From contig OY729426.1 in NCBI GenBank assembly GCA_963422365.1, positions 1,312,001 through 1,376,000 on the forward strand: DNA of 64,000 nucleotides, read 5' to 3'. The notes beneath the pieces were generated by a model. It worked only from the letters and a program-made list of their open reading frames with translations. It made no database searches and was not told where the DNA came from. Below are positions 33,396 to 44,334 of this stretch, piece after piece. Origin of the DNA: Nitrospirales bacterium (lineage in GTDB: Bacteria > Nitrospirota > Nitrospiria > Nitrospirales > UBA8639). The position numbers and the translations under genes are program-made. How positions within the stretch are numbered: position 1 is the first letter of the stretch; every line of letters begins with the position of its first letter.

Positions 33396-33618
33396 GGACG
33401 TGTGGTCCTCTGTATCCTCAGACGCTTGACTCCTGAAAGCTTCATTCGACAGTCTTTCATGTCTTGATGAGGATAGTGGCTATCCTTTAATTGGTTCCTT
33501 TGTCTAGGATGGGTGCAGTATACGGTTCGAAAAGTTACGATTTAACTCATTGCACTTCTTCCGTACAGCACAGCCGCGTCATACATCAGGCAGGAAGAGT
33601 GCATGGCATTGAAAACCT

Positions 33619-34934
33619 ATGAACAAACAGAAGGAATTTGGTGACTTTCAGACTCCGAACGATTTAGCGGCGTATGTGGTCGCCTTGGTTGCTGAATTGT
33701 TTGGTTGACCTGATCTTGTTGTTGAGCCGACAGTCGGTCTTGGCGCATTTCTTCGCGCATCTCAAGGCGAATGGGGTCGTGTTTGCCGTTACGAAGGTTA
33801 CGAAATCAATCATGACGATGTTTATGCAACAAGCCGGAGTTTGTCGGATTTGGGAATCAGGCTTTGCCGGCAAGATTTTTTCTCCGCTGACTGGCATCGA
33901 ATTCTCAGGAAAGAGAGTGCACACCACATTCTGGTTTTGGGCAATCCTCCTTGGGCGGGCTTGAGTCATCCAAGCTATTTCGCATTGATGCAAAAACGCA
34001 TTTTGGCGTTGCGGTTGATGCCTGCCTGTTTTTCGCTTCTGGAAAGCGTACTGAAGATCGCATCGCCACAATCTATTCCAGGCTTGACTTGGATTCCGAG
34101 GCGACGGAATTTGGATTGGTCGATGGCAATCTCGTTTCTGATGTCGAGGCCTAGACGACGTTTCGAAAACTAGATGGCGGTTCCCCTTACGCTTGGCGAT
34201 CAGGCATGAAGCATGATGCATCTCAGGTGATGGAGTTTTCACGATGGAATGGACGCTTTGTGAACGGTCTGGATGAAGCAGTCGAACTCGAGGAAGAGTT
34301 CGTATATTCCCTCCTCAAGTCTTCAGATTTAGGAAGTTGTAGAGCGACTCCTCGCAAGGTCGTGTTCGTTACGCAACGCCATACTGGTGATGACACCAGT
34401 TCAATCAGAGACGTGGCTCCTCAGACTTGGAGATACCTGGAGGATCACTCCGAGAAGCTGGATTCACGGAAAAGTTCGATCTATCAGAATCGCCCACGAT
34501 TCAGCATTTTCGGAATCGGTGACTATTCTTTTTGCCCCTTGGAAGGTCGCCATATCAGGTCTCTACAAATCTTTCACTTTTGTTGTTGTCCCCCCAGAAA
34601 ATGGTCGCCCCGTCATGGTCGATGACACATGCTATTCACTACCCTGCACGTGCGAGAAAGAAGCTCGTTTACTCTGTGACCTCTTCAATGCTGGCCCAGC
34701 ACAACACTTCCTTTGGTCCCTTGTCTTTAAGGAGATTCCAAGCGTCCAATCACGGTCGAGGTCCTGCGCCGACTTTCTTTGGTCAACGTTGCCAAAATGG
34801 GGGGCCGCATGGATGAATTGATAGAATGCATGGTATCCGAGGCCGACCTGCTGGACGGCGGGCAACAGCAACTCAGTCTCATCATGGAGAGAGAAAATAC
34901 ATATCAAACAAGGCTGTGCAGCCAACACAAATGA
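33619..34934 (+). pseudogene. Degraded N6-adenine DNA methyltransferase
   Basis: EFGDFQTP, TGA at 33706, EPTVGLGAFL, GNPPW, GMKHDAS, RKSSIY.NRPRFSIFGIGDYSF spread over several frames; end approximate. Confidence 0.8.
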
Positions 34935-35319
34935 GTGCCAAGCCCTGTTGTCACGCCTTGGTGATCCGTTACCATAACAGCGATTTGCAGGGATAACTGC
35001 TTTGCCGGAGAAACCGGGCTGGAAATACGGAAATCCGAATTCCCAAAAACTCAGCCACGGCGTGCTGTCCACGGCCATGAAAGTATTGACACGTATTCCT
35101 GAAAAGAGATATATAAGCATTTCGCTTCCATACCTTGACCGCCAATCCTCCTAGCACTGCGAAAACGACCATGGCAAGCTGGGTACGAGTCCGTATACCC
35201 CCCCGGAACTGCTTGCTTCTCTCACGGGTCAGCGCCTTGGAGCTCAACCATGAGACTCGAGAGGGGTCATGACGTATGAACCGTCATTGCACAAACCCTC
35301 ATGGAGTAAAAATTTTTCT

Positions 35320-36432
35320 ATGAGCAAGATCAAAGTTGCCGTTGTCGGTGTGGGGAATTGTGCAAGTTCCCTCATTCAAGGGATCTCTTATTACAGTGAT
35401 AAAAAGCCCGATGATGCCATTGGGTTGATGCATTGGGAGATAGGCGGGTATCGACCGTCCGACGTTGAGGTCGTGGCTGCCTATGATATCGACACACGCA
35501 AGGTAGGGACGGATGTCAACAAAGCCATCTTTGTCGAACCCAATTGCACGACGGTATTTTGTTCTGATTTACCGGAAACGGCCGTACAAGTCAGAATGGG
35601 GAAAATTTTGGATGGCGTTTCCCCCCATATGAGCGAGTACCCCGATCGGTACACGTTTCTTGTCGGGAAGGAACCCGAGCCGACAAAGGACGCAGTCGTC
35701 AAGATCTTAAAAGAGTCCGGCACCGAGGTGCTCCTGAACTATCTGCCGGTCGGCTCGGAGAAGGCCACGCGGTTTTATGCCGAATGTGCCTTGGAGTCCG
35801 GTGCGGCCTTTATCAACAATATCCCGGTGTTTATTGCGAGCGATTCGCTATGGGCGAAGCGGTTTGAGGAAAAAAATCTTCCTCTCATCGGCGACGATAT
35901 CAAGGCGCAGCTAGGGGCCACCATTACACACCGTGTTCTAACGGACCTCTTCAAAAAGCGAGGGGTCAGGCTGGAACGAACCTATCAGTTGAATACAGGA
36001 GGCAATACGGACTTCCTGAACATGCTCAATCACAGCCGTTTGGCCTCGAAAAAGGAATCCAAAACAGAAGCCGTGCAATCCGCTGCGGCCGAGCGGATAG
36101 ACCATGAAAATATCCATATCGGCCCGAGTGATTATGTCGCATGGCAAAAAGACAACAAGGTCTGTTTCCTTCGCATGGAAGGAAAATTGTTTGGCGACAT
36201 CCCGATGAACCTTGAGTTGCGGCTGTCCGTGGAAGATTCTCCTAATTCTGCGGGCGTGGCTATTGATTCCATTCGGTGTGCCAAGCTTGCCCTCGAACGT
36301 GGGCAAGGTGGCGTGTTAGCCGCGCCTTCCGCCTATTTTTGTAAACACCCGCCTGAGCAGTTCAGCGATAGTGACGCCTATCACATGACTCAGGAATTTA
36401 TTGACGGAGGGCGGACCTGCGGAATGGCTTGA
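35320..36432 (+). CDS. ino1: Inositol-3-phosphate synthase
   Basis: VGVGNCASS, YLPVGS, GDDIKAQ.GATI, QLNTGGNTDFLNM and EDSPNSAG. Confidence 0.95.
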   Translation: MSKIKVAVVGVGNCASSLIQGISYYSDKKPDDAIGLMHWEIGGYRPSDVEVVAAYDIDTRKVGTDVNKAIFVEPNCTTVFCSDLPETAVQVRMGKILDGVSPHMSEYPDRYTFLVGKEPEPTKDAVVKILKESGTEVLLNYLPVGSEKATRFYAECALESGAAFINNIPVFIASDSLWAKRFEEKNLPLIGDDIKAQLGATITHRVLTDLFKKRGVRLERTYQLNTGGNTDFLNMLNHSRLASKKESKTEAVQSAAAERIDHENIHIGPSDYVAWQKDNKVCFLRMEGKLFGDIPMNLELRLSVEDSPNSAGVAIDSIRCAKLALERGQGGVLAAPSAYFCKHPPEQFSDSDAYHMTQEFIDGGRTCGMA

Positions 36433-36510
36433 TGCGTCGATTCCCCACTTCGTGAAGGATGAGGAACGGATTGCGTTCATGCGCGGGAAGCAGAAGCTAA
36501 GGAGTGAATC

Positions 36511-37293
36511 ATGGACGGCAATCCCGCGATGTACGACCATTTTTCCCACGTCGCTTCTTCCTATAGACATATTCGGCAAACCGATACGGAGCCCATCCTT
36601 TTCATCAGTGAGATCTTGAAGAATCTGCCCCAGGTTCAGGCCGCGGACATTGGATGTGGCGCCGGACGATATGACGTATTGCTCTTCCAACACGTCAAGA
36701 ACTTGTATTTGACGTGTATCGACCTGAATGAGTCGATGTTGCAACAAGCCTCTGAGTATCTCACGCATCATCACATTTCACAGTTTGAAACCCTCCGGGC
36801 GAACGGCAATGAGATTCCCCTTGACGATCGGTCAATGGATTGTGTGTTGACCTTTAATGCCATTCATCATTTTGATTTGATTCGGTTTGTGGAGAATGCC
36901 GCCAGAGTGATCAAGCCCAACGGAAACATTTTCATGTACACCCGGTTGAGAAGCCAAAATGCGAGAAATATCTGGGGGCAATATTTCCCATCATTTACGG
37001 AAAAAGAAACCCGACTCTATGAACTGGATGAGATTGAAGAAGGGATACGGGCTGTTGAGGGGGTACAGCTGAAACAGGTCAAACCGTTTCACTATCAACG
37101 AAAGGCGACCGTGGCACAATTAGCGGGAAGGGTTCAGGTGAGGCATTATTCCACCTTTTCGCTCTATGACGAAGAAGAATTGAAGAACGCCTTGGAAATC
37201 TTTCAAGCCAGTCTCAAACGCGCGTTCCACGATACCGTTGAGTGGGTTGATGCAAATATATTGTTGGTTCTGGAAACGAAGAGAGGGAACTGA
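36511..37293 (+). CDS. Class I SAM-dependent methyltransferase
   Basis: ADIGCGAGRY, IDLNESML and NAIHHF. Confidence 0.88.
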   Translation: MDGNPAMYDHFSHVASSYRHIRQTDTEPILFISEILKNLPQVQAADIGCGAGRYDVLLFQHVKNLYLTCIDLNESMLQQASEYLTHHHISQFETLRANGNEIPLDDRSMDCVLTFNAIHHFDLIRFVENAARVIKPNGNIFMYTRLRSQNARNIWGQYFPSFTEKETRLYELDEIEEGIRAVEGVQLKQVKPFHYQRKATVAQLAGRVQVRHYSTFSLYDEEELKNALEIFQASLKRAFHDTVEWVDANILLVLETKRGN

Positions 37294-37330
37294 TCGTTAG
37301 GTGAGTTTGGTGCCTAGCGGCCCGGTCTAT

Positions 37331-37356
37331 GGATACGGTTTCGGGATACGGTTTCG
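37331..37356. repeat. 13-bp tandem duplication ggatacggtttcg x2
   Basis: Exact adjacent copies. Confidence 0.85.
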
Positions 37357-37375
37357 TGAACAAATCATGAACGCA

Positions 37376-38736
37376 TCATAGACTCATCATGTTTCCGGTT
37401 CTCCCCCGATCCTCGGCCCAAATAGTGCCATTTCGGAAAATTAAAGTCGGATGTGATGGAGTTCGGCTGGAGTAGCACGGCTCCAGCGAGAAGCGGATAA
37501 TGCCCCATTCGCAAAAACGCTCAAGGGTCTCCCCTGTTTTTTCAGGAAGGCTGATGATCATGGGGACAAGAAAGTCTATAGGGCATTGGATGATGGCCTC
37601 GGGATAGGCTGCGACCAATTGAGCCCCCCCCTTCTTTTTGCAGCACGTCCCCCTTTCCATTGAACCATAGGTCCGCACTCTCAACCGTATGATGGCGGAG
37701 CAGGTCAAGCGCCTTGTCAATGAGGATGATGTTTTCTTTGAGATTGAGTTTGACGGATTTGCCGAGCCGCAAAAGTGCTGCCAGCGCATCGTCTACAAGG
37801 ATGCACTCCTCACCCTCCACCATAGGAGTTTTGACACAGGAATCATGGCGCAGGATGACCTGTTCTTTCCTCGGATCAAGGCGTACATCGAGTTCAGCCC
37901 ATGGACATTAGTGGATGTTGCAAATTACCGTAAGTGCGCCTCATCGTTCACCCCATGCCAGACAAACTGGACATGTCGAGGTAAGGTGCTTTCAGGAATT
38001 AACTCGGTAATATCATCTGTATTGCCTCTTACCGAATGGGAGGGTAAGTGTTTACGCTTGGACTCAAAGATCATACTGGCGTGGAGCAAGAGAATCTCAT
38101 GATGGATGTCCTGTTCTGAGACGGCCAGAAGATTGTCCGGCTCATTATCGATGTATCCGCATATGCGATATCCTTTTCGTTGAAAGTCCCGGACCCCTTC
38201 TGCCTTCGAATCACTGACGTTCTTTTCCCATCCATGAGGGTTCATCGACAACAGCTCATTCGCAAACGTGACCTTATATTCCTTGCCTAACGCATTAAGG
38301 GAACGAAGGGTGTCTGCTCGAAGGAGTTCGGGTTGAGGCCCACCGAGGTATTCGGTTGCATCTGAAACCATCGGATGGCCTCCATTACGCCTTCAAAGGG
38401 ACGGTGGGATTCCAGGATGGCCTCGGAGGACCAGCGACGTTCGACGTACCAGTTCATCACCGCTTCCCGTTGCGTTTGGGAAAGCACGAAGGTCCTGACG
38501 AAAGGGTCTATCTGGTTTTCATGCATCATGATCTCTGAAATCGTCAGGGTGTGAAAGAAACTGGTGGCATGTCGCTGATCAAAAGATTTGAGAACATGCA
38601 GCATCATGTACCGCATAGCCAAAATGGTCCCATTAATATCGAAGGTGACCATTCAGTGATCGGCAGGATAGAGAGTCCTTGTTTTTTCGTAATGCAAGGA
38701 AAGTTTTTTCATCCAATTTTGTTCTTTGAGCATCAT
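37376..38736 (-). pseudogene. HAD-like hydrolase fused to a GDPD-like domain, fragmented
   Basis: MMLKEQNW...ADH*MVTFDINGT (eroded DxDGT), YIDNEPDNL, VWHGVN and WAELDVR; stops and frameshifts across three track ORFs. Confidence 0.7.
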
Positions 38737-38936
38737 GGCAGTCGTTACGCCCATCCTAAGGAATCGCCGGGAACAATCTCGCAAAAATCATGATGAGATG
38801 TTGCAAAAAATGCCTAGGCTCTTACTCTATGGTAGATCGGCAGTATTAAGTTGAAATGAAATGCCTATCAATACAGTGTAAAGATGAACGCTGGCTTTGA
38901 CGTGCCACGAGATGACAACAGGGAGAAGCTGACGCG

Positions 38937-39695
38937 ATGATTGCCCTCACCCGTCAGCCTGCGTTTTCGCTTGTGAATTGTGAAGTCAGGCATGTTCCTC
39001 GCCTAGGGATTGACCTTCCCCTGGCCTTCCAGCAACATGAAGCGTATTGCCGGGCCCTGCGGCAAATGGGTGTGGAGGTTGACGTTCTTCCACCCGAAGA
39101 CGCGTTTCCCGATAGTGTCTTTATCGAAGACAACGCCATGATCCTGGATGAATTGGCGGTGACGGCTTCGATGGGGACGGCGTCGCGGCAGGGCGAACCC
39201 GCGTTGCTTTTTCCCGTTCTTGCTCGACACCGTCGCCTCGTGGCGATATCGCCGCCTGCAACGATTGAAGGCGGGGACGTGTTGCGCATGGGGAAACGAT
39301 TGTACGTCGGAGTCTCGGCACGAACGAATCATGCGGGGGTGGACGCCCTCCGAGCGATCGCGGAGCCCTTGGGCTATGGAGTGACGCCTATCGAAATCCG
39401 CGGGTGCCTCCATCTGAAAACGGCGTGCACGTCTCTTGACGATGAGACGTTCTTGGTGAACCCGGCTTGGCTTGATGGGGGTGCATTGGGAACGTGTCGG
39501 TTGTTACACGTTCCGGCCGAAGAACCGTTTGGAGCGAACGTATTACGCTTGCCCATGGGCGTGCTGGTTCAGGCCTCATCCCCATTGACGCGCGAGGTCA
39601 TCGAGGCGCAGGGGTATGCCGTCGCAAGCGTTGAACTGAGCGAGTTTTCCAAGGCCGAAGCGGGCCTGACCTGTTTAAGCCTGCTCATTGAGTAA
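38937..39695 (+). CDS. Dimethylargininase (amidinotransferase superfamily)
   Basis: PDSVFIED, IEGGDV, LHLKTA and GLTCLSL. Confidence 0.9.
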   Translation: MIALTRQPAFSLVNCEVRHVPRLGIDLPLAFQQHEAYCRALRQMGVEVDVLPPEDAFPDSVFIEDNAMILDELAVTASMGTASRQGEPALLFPVLARHRRLVAISPPATIEGGDVLRMGKRLYVGVSARTNHAGVDALRAIAEPLGYGVTPIEIRGCLHLKTACTSLDDETFLVNPAWLDGGALGTCRLLHVPAEEPFGANVLRLPMGVLVQASSPLTREVIEAQGYAVASVELSEFSKAEAGLTCLSLLIE

Positions 39696-39777
39696 GCCGA
39701 GATGTTTGGGTTGAGCGTAAGGGTTTTTGCTTGTCTTGCATTGGGTCTACTTCCTACCTACAATCCGGGTACGGCCC

Positions 39778-40488
39778 ATGACGCGTCCAGCCAAAACTTC
39801 TAAAAAGTCCAAATCGATTCCGTCTGCCCAAGCCAACCTTGATCGGGGAACAAAGCGACGTTTCCAAATTCGTTTGCTCAAATGGTATGACGAATGTGGA
39901 CGCGACCTGCCTTGGCGGCGGACCGTAGACCCGTACAGAATTCTTGTCTCTGAAGTGATGCTTCAGCAGACACAAGTCGATCGAGTCATTCCCAAATACC
40001 ACGAGTTCTTGGAAAAATATCCGACGCTTAAAGATTTAGCGAAGGCCGAACCTGACGACGTCCGCGAGACATGGTATCCGCTCGGGTATAACGTTCGTCC
40101 CTACCGCCTCCATAGCATTGCGTGTGAGACCGTGGCCCATTACGGGGGGAAGATTCCACGGGATTCGGAACAACTGCAGTCGATGAAAGGGATTGGCCGG
40201 TATACCGCTGGAGCGGTTCGTGCCTTTGCCTTTCATGAAGATGCGCCGATTGTCGATACGAACGTGATGCGGGTGCTGCATCGAGTCTTTATGGGAAAGG
40301 GCGATCCGAAAACGCAAAAATCTAAACTCTGGGCCCTGTCGGAAGCACTGATCCCTAAAGGCAAAGGGTATGACTTCAATCAAGCCCTCATGGATTTTGG
40401 CGCGGAGGTGTGTACCGCGCGAAATCCTTACTGTCTGTATTGCCCGATGCGAGAATTTTGTAAGGCGTATCCTATGGAACCAAAATAG
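39778..40488 (+). CDS. mutY: A/G-specific adenine glycosylase, short form
   Basis: RDLPWR, SEVMLQQT, GIGRYTA, VDTNV and C-x6-C-x2-C-x5-C. Confidence 0.9.
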   Translation: MTRPAKTSKKSKSIPSAQANLDRGTKRRFQIRLLKWYDECGRDLPWRRTVDPYRILVSEVMLQQTQVDRVIPKYHEFLEKYPTLKDLAKAEPDDVRETWYPLGYNVRPYRLHSIACETVAHYGGKIPRDSEQLQSMKGIGRYTAGAVRAFAFHEDAPIVDTNVMRVLHRVFMGKGDPKTQKSKLWALSEALIPKGKGYDFNQALMDFGAEVCTARNPYCLYCPMREFCKAYPMEPK

Positions 40489-40499
40489 TTGTGTTGGGT

Positions 40500-40913
40500 A
40501 TGGCTGAGAAGGAGATCCTCCAGGTCGCTGCTGCGGTGATTGAACACCGGGGACGGTATTTGATCACATGTCGGGAAGCCGGTGTGCCTTTAGCGGGGTA
40601 TTGGGAGTTTCCCGGTGGGAAGCGCGAAGCAGACGAAACGTTCGAGGCCTGTGCCCGTCGCGAGGTTTTTGAAGAATTGGGAATTGAGATAACGGCGCCA
40701 AGGCCTTTGACGATTACATACCATGAATATCCAGACAAAAGCGTGGAGTTGCACTTTTTCACGTGTTCCCTGTCCCACGGTGACCCGCGACCACTGGGTT
40801 GCGTTGACTTCCGATGGGTGAGGCCCGAGGAGTTAGCCGAGTATTCCTTTCCTCCTGCTGACGTCCCGGTCGTGGCTCGCTTGATGAAACTGGCCGGGAG
40901 ACAAGACGCTTAA
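40500..40913 (+). CDS. mutT: MutT-family (d)NTP pyrophosphohydrolase
   Basis: WEFPGGKRE..E....ARREVFEELG and FPPAD. Confidence 0.85.
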   Translation: MAEKEILQVAAAVIEHRGRYLITCREAGVPLAGYWEFPGGKREADETFEACARREVFEELGIEITAPRPLTITYHEYPDKSVELHFFTCSLSHGDPRPLGCVDFRWVRPEELAEYSFPPADVPVVARLMKLAGRQDA

Positions 40914-40941
40914 AAGAAGCGCATCATTTCGTTGACAGCCC

Positions 40942-41658
40942 ATGAAGGTCGTGCTGGACATTGAAACCATCCAAGCGCCTCGAGAAGAATGGGCGCGTTT
41001 GGTTGGGATTGATTCGGTCGCTCTTGAATCCTGCGAAGGGGGTAACGCGGATGATTTATTTACTCATGCTGAGGCTCGGGAGCAACGGGAGAAAGAAGAT
41101 GAACGGTATGAGCGGTCGGCGTTTGATGGAACCTTCAGCCGGATTGTGTGCATTGGGCTACTCGTGTTCTCCGACTCCATGGAGTGTCACGGTGCGGTGA
41201 GTTGGTATGGAGCTCATGAGGAAAAACTCCTTCGCCGGTTTTGGGCTCGTCTGGGCGAGCTTCGCCCCTCTCTTTTTATTACCCATAATGGATTGGGATT
41301 TGATCTCCCTTTTCTCAGAAAGCGTTCGATCATTCACCACGTCAAACCATCGATGGAGATCAGTTTGGCCAAATTTCGGACGGAGCCGGTCTATGACCTT
41401 ATGGCTGTGTGGAGCAACTGGGATATGCGAGGATGGGTCAAATTGGACGTGTTGGCACGTGCGTTACAAGTCGAAACTAAATCTGGAAGCGGCAAGCAAG
41501 TGGCTGAAATGTGGGCTCAAGGACGAAGACGAGAGATCGCCGAATATTGCCTGCGCGATACGTATGTCACCTATGCCTGTTACCAACGGATGACATTTCG
41601 TTCCACGCTTGGCAGTGACGTGATCCTCAAAAATCCTCAACTGATTGAGGTGAGTTAA
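40942..41658 (+). CDS. DnaQ/PolB-like 3'-5' exonuclease
   Basis: LDIET, HNGLGFDLPFL and YCLRD (ExoI-III). Confidence 0.85.
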   Translation: MKVVLDIETIQAPREEWARLVGIDSVALESCEGGNADDLFTHAEAREQREKEDERYERSAFDGTFSRIVCIGLLVFSDSMECHGAVSWYGAHEEKLLRRFWARLGELRPSLFITHNGLGFDLPFLRKRSIIHHVKPSMEISLAKFRTEPVYDLMAVWSNWDMRGWVKLDVLARALQVETKSGSGKQVAEMWAQGRRREIAEYCLRDTYVTYACYQRMTFRSTLGSDVILKNPQLIEVS

Positions 41659-42557
41659 GAGGGTTCCGCCTCTCGTTTCTTCAAGCGTTCTAGTTCTTGT
41701 TTCTGTCTGGACAATTCTCGCCGCAAGGATCGAATTTCTTCGAGGAGATCTTGTGAGTCGGATGGGGAAGAGGGGTCCAACCGCTGGAGAGGAATGGATT
41801 GGCCCAAAGGAATGACTGTCGGCGGAACGTGGCGTGGTGTGGAGTCGGGAGTCACTGGCTCTTTTTTGCTGTCCTTTGAGAAAGCCGTTCCGTCAAGCGT
41901 AGCAAGCAAGGCCATATCAATGGTCAGGTGGTGACGAGTCGGTGTTCCCTGGTACCAAGACGACGGTTGTTTCTTGACGGCGTTCTTTGGCAGAAATACC
42001 ACAATGGGATTTGTGCCCCCCAGGGAGTCGGGTCGCCTGGGTTTGGTTTTGGATTGAAGGCCATGACCCGATAAAGCAAGGGCCATATGCAGGTCATCAT
42101 GCTTGAGGGACAGAATGCCGGTTAGGTTTTGAAAATTTGATGACGGATGCAAGGGGATACGTATGGAGACATGTTCTTCCGCCGTCACTTGAAAAAAGGC
42201 GTGCCGTAAGTGAGTGGCCCAAAAGGTGACTTGAGTCGGGGAAAACAGGGGAGTCGGTCCTGCGCCACTGTCCACGAGTCGTTGAAGCCACCTGCCGGGG
42301 GATCGTCGATAGTGAAGACCGGTTAAAACCTTTTCAAATGTTTCGACTGAGATGTCAGCGGGATGGGAAGGGTGGTATGAGGCATCCGAGACAGTTCTCA
42401 GCCATACGGAGCCTTTCTGGTCCTCGTAAATGGAAGTTTCGACTCGAGGGGGTCCCAAACATCCCCCCAAACCTCCACTGAGGAACAATGTCCCTAGAAA
42501 GGCAATCGGCAAAATCCGTGAGCGAGCATTCATAGAATCACAAGAGTCAGGATTCAT
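41655..42557 (-). CDS. Hypothetical lipoprotein
   Basis: Lipobox-like LGGC; C-terminal coiled coil. Confidence 0.6.
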   Translation of the reverse strand: MNPDSCDSMNARSRILPIAFLGTLFLSGGLGGCLGPPRVETSIYEDQKGSVWLRTVSDASYHPSHPADISVETFEKVLTGLHYRRSPGRWLQRLVDSGAGPTPLFSPTQVTFWATHLRHAFFQVTAEEHVSIRIPLHPSSNFQNLTGILSLKHDDLHMALALSGHGLQSKTKPRRPDSLGGTNPIVVFLPKNAVKKQPSSWYQGTPTRHHLTIDMALLATLDGTAFSKDSKKEPVTPDSTPRHVPPTVIPLGQSIPLQRLDPSSPSDSQDLLEEIRSLRRELSRQKQELERLKKREAEPS

Positions 42558-42693
42558 ACCATATCAAAAATTTGAGCGGGTTGAAATGCCATTTTCCAAA
42601 GAAATCCGTATCCTCGGCATCTGCATCTGGTGATGCGAATTTTTGAACGCCAGTGCTTGAAGGAGAAAACATGGAACTGAGTGCAAAAACTCT

Positions 42694-42918
42694 ATGGCCC
42701 CTGTTTCCCTTGCTCCTGTTCGTGGTGGTGTGCCTGACTTCGGCCTTCGTGGTGGTCGTTCGTGGGAAGATGGATCGCGTCACTATCTGGATTCAAGCCG
42801 GAGCCCTCACGTGCATCGGCCTTTTTTGATCTTGACTCAAGTCCTGATGGTGTGGGCGATTATTCGATATTGGAAGAAACGACGGCGTTCCCTTCTTCTT
42901 TTAAACGTCATGGCGTGA
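42694..42918 (+). CDS. Small membrane protein, possibly frameshifted
   Basis: C-terminal hydrophobic helix and WKKRRR; upstream GGAG+ATG at about 42671 opens a different hydrophobic frame. Confidence 0.35.
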   Translation: MAPVSLAPVRGGVPDFGLRGGRSWEDGSRHYLDSSRSPHVHRPFLILTQVLMVWAIIRYWKKRRRSLLLLNVMA

Positions 42919-43025
42919 GCGGCGATTTTAGGAGATGCCGCTTTGCATTCTCTTCTCGTACGGTAAAGCACACGAGAGAGGATCGTGCCGGAAATCGACA
43001 TGTGGCCCAAGCGCGCCAGAGGTCT

Positions 43026-43775
43026 TTACGGCTGCCTGAGTCCACAGGCTCTGGCAATTCCGTTACGGTATTGGAGCCAAACATTCAACCCCGTTTCCAA
43101 TTTTTCCAAGATTAAGGCTTTGGTGTCGGACTCTCCGGCTTCTTTGACAATGAGGTCATAGGCAATGGATCGGTTACAGGGCTCGATCAACGCTTGTGCT
43201 CGAATGAAATCTAGGTGTTCCGGAAGAAGCCCATGGTAAACCGCCAAGGGATGTTTCCCCACAAGATCTTCAATGTCCGCGGGGGATTTTTGTTCTTTCT
43301 GCGTCATGACCTCTTCTCGGTCATTGACGGAGCCTTGCACAAAGATGGTGAGGACCGCTGCGCCCACGATCCAGTCTTCCCGATCGCAGATTTCATTAAG
43401 CCATTCTCGATACGCATAACTTCTTGATAACAACTCGACTTCTCGAAATTCAGCCCGCTTGTACCCTAGGCCCATCATCATTTGAAGGAATAATTCTTGG
43501 TGCGGTTTGCCAAGTGAAAGCCCTCCGATTTCTTCTTCATAAATCGTCGTTGCCAAGTGACGACGTATTTGCCATGGAGGATTTTTCCCGACGATCCTCG
43601 CAAGCAGGACCGCGAAATCTCGAAGATAGACCGCATATTCTTGACGGAAGTGAATATTCAATTGCGCTTTGGTGACGGCGCTTCCGTTGAAGAGGGCTGT
43701 CGACCAATGCTGCTTACGGCGAAGAATGTGGAAAATTCGGTCGCGAAATTGTTCAGCCGAAAGCTTCCATATCAT
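43026..43775 (-). CDS. Heme-oxygenase-like (TenA/PqqC/CADD) fold protein
   Basis: QEY..Y..DF and YEEE.G....PH.ELF..M..GLG. Confidence 0.7.
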   Translation of the reverse strand: MIWKLSAEQFRDRIFHILRRKQHWSTALFNGSAVTKAQLNIHFRQEYAVYLRDFAVLLARIVGKNPPWQIRRHLATTIYEEEIGGLSLGKPHQELFLQMMMGLGYKRAEFREVELLSRSYAYREWLNEICDREDWIVGAAVLTIFVQGSVNDREEVMTQKEQKSPADIEDLVGKHPLAVYHGLLPEHLDFIRAQALIEPCNRSIAYDLIVKEAGESDTKALILEKLETGLNVWLQYRNGIARACGLRQP

Positions 43776-43952
43776 GGTACGGGATAGGGAGAAAATGATT
43801 GATTGACGATGGAACGCAGGTTACGGGATATGGAGGTTTTTGGACAATATCGAAACGCGAGTGACGAGGCTTGCGTCGTTCTTATTTGCGTTTCTCGTTT
43901 TTGGCACCTAGAATGCAATACACAATCATACCATAATTGAGGGAAAAACAAC

Positions 43953-44243
43953 ATGGCTTTTGATCCAGTCACGTTAGCGAATCCGGATGAAATCCTGACC
44001 TTTTTGTCGCATGTTGCCTTACGTGGAAAAGGGGTGACAACTGACAGCCTGATGGATTATGTCTTGGACCAAGGGTTTACAGAGCCGACCTATTTGAGCA
44101 CCAAAGGGGAGGATTCGCAAGCTTTTTTCCAAGGACAGCCAAACGCCTGGGCTATTTATCAAATTCGTGAGTGGAAACGGGTACTTGTGGTCAGTGGGGG
44201 GGATGAACGGGAGCGGCGGGTTCAGATTACAGAAACCCCTTAG
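43953..44243 (+). CDS. Hypothetical protein
   Basis: RBS GAGG, clean 96-aa ORF. Confidence 0.65.
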   Translation: MAFDPVTLANPDEILTFLSHVALRGKGVTTDSLMDYVLDQGFTEPTYLSTKGEDSQAFFQGQPNAWAIYQIREWKRVLVVSGGDERERRVQITETP

Positions 44244-44334
44244 GGAGAAACGGGCCTCAAGTGAGAGAAGGACGGGCTAGGGGGCAACATGGCCTAAAGG
44301 GAGCAACAAACAAAGTGAGACCGAGTGCAAGGGG

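Noticed and set aside
28910..34934. Calling the locus BREX
   Set aside because: No pglZ, pglX, brxA/B/L or BrxHI-type gene is recognisable in the window
34969..35247. 92-aa minus-strand ORF resembling a membrane-protein fragment
   Set aside because: Too degraded to assign
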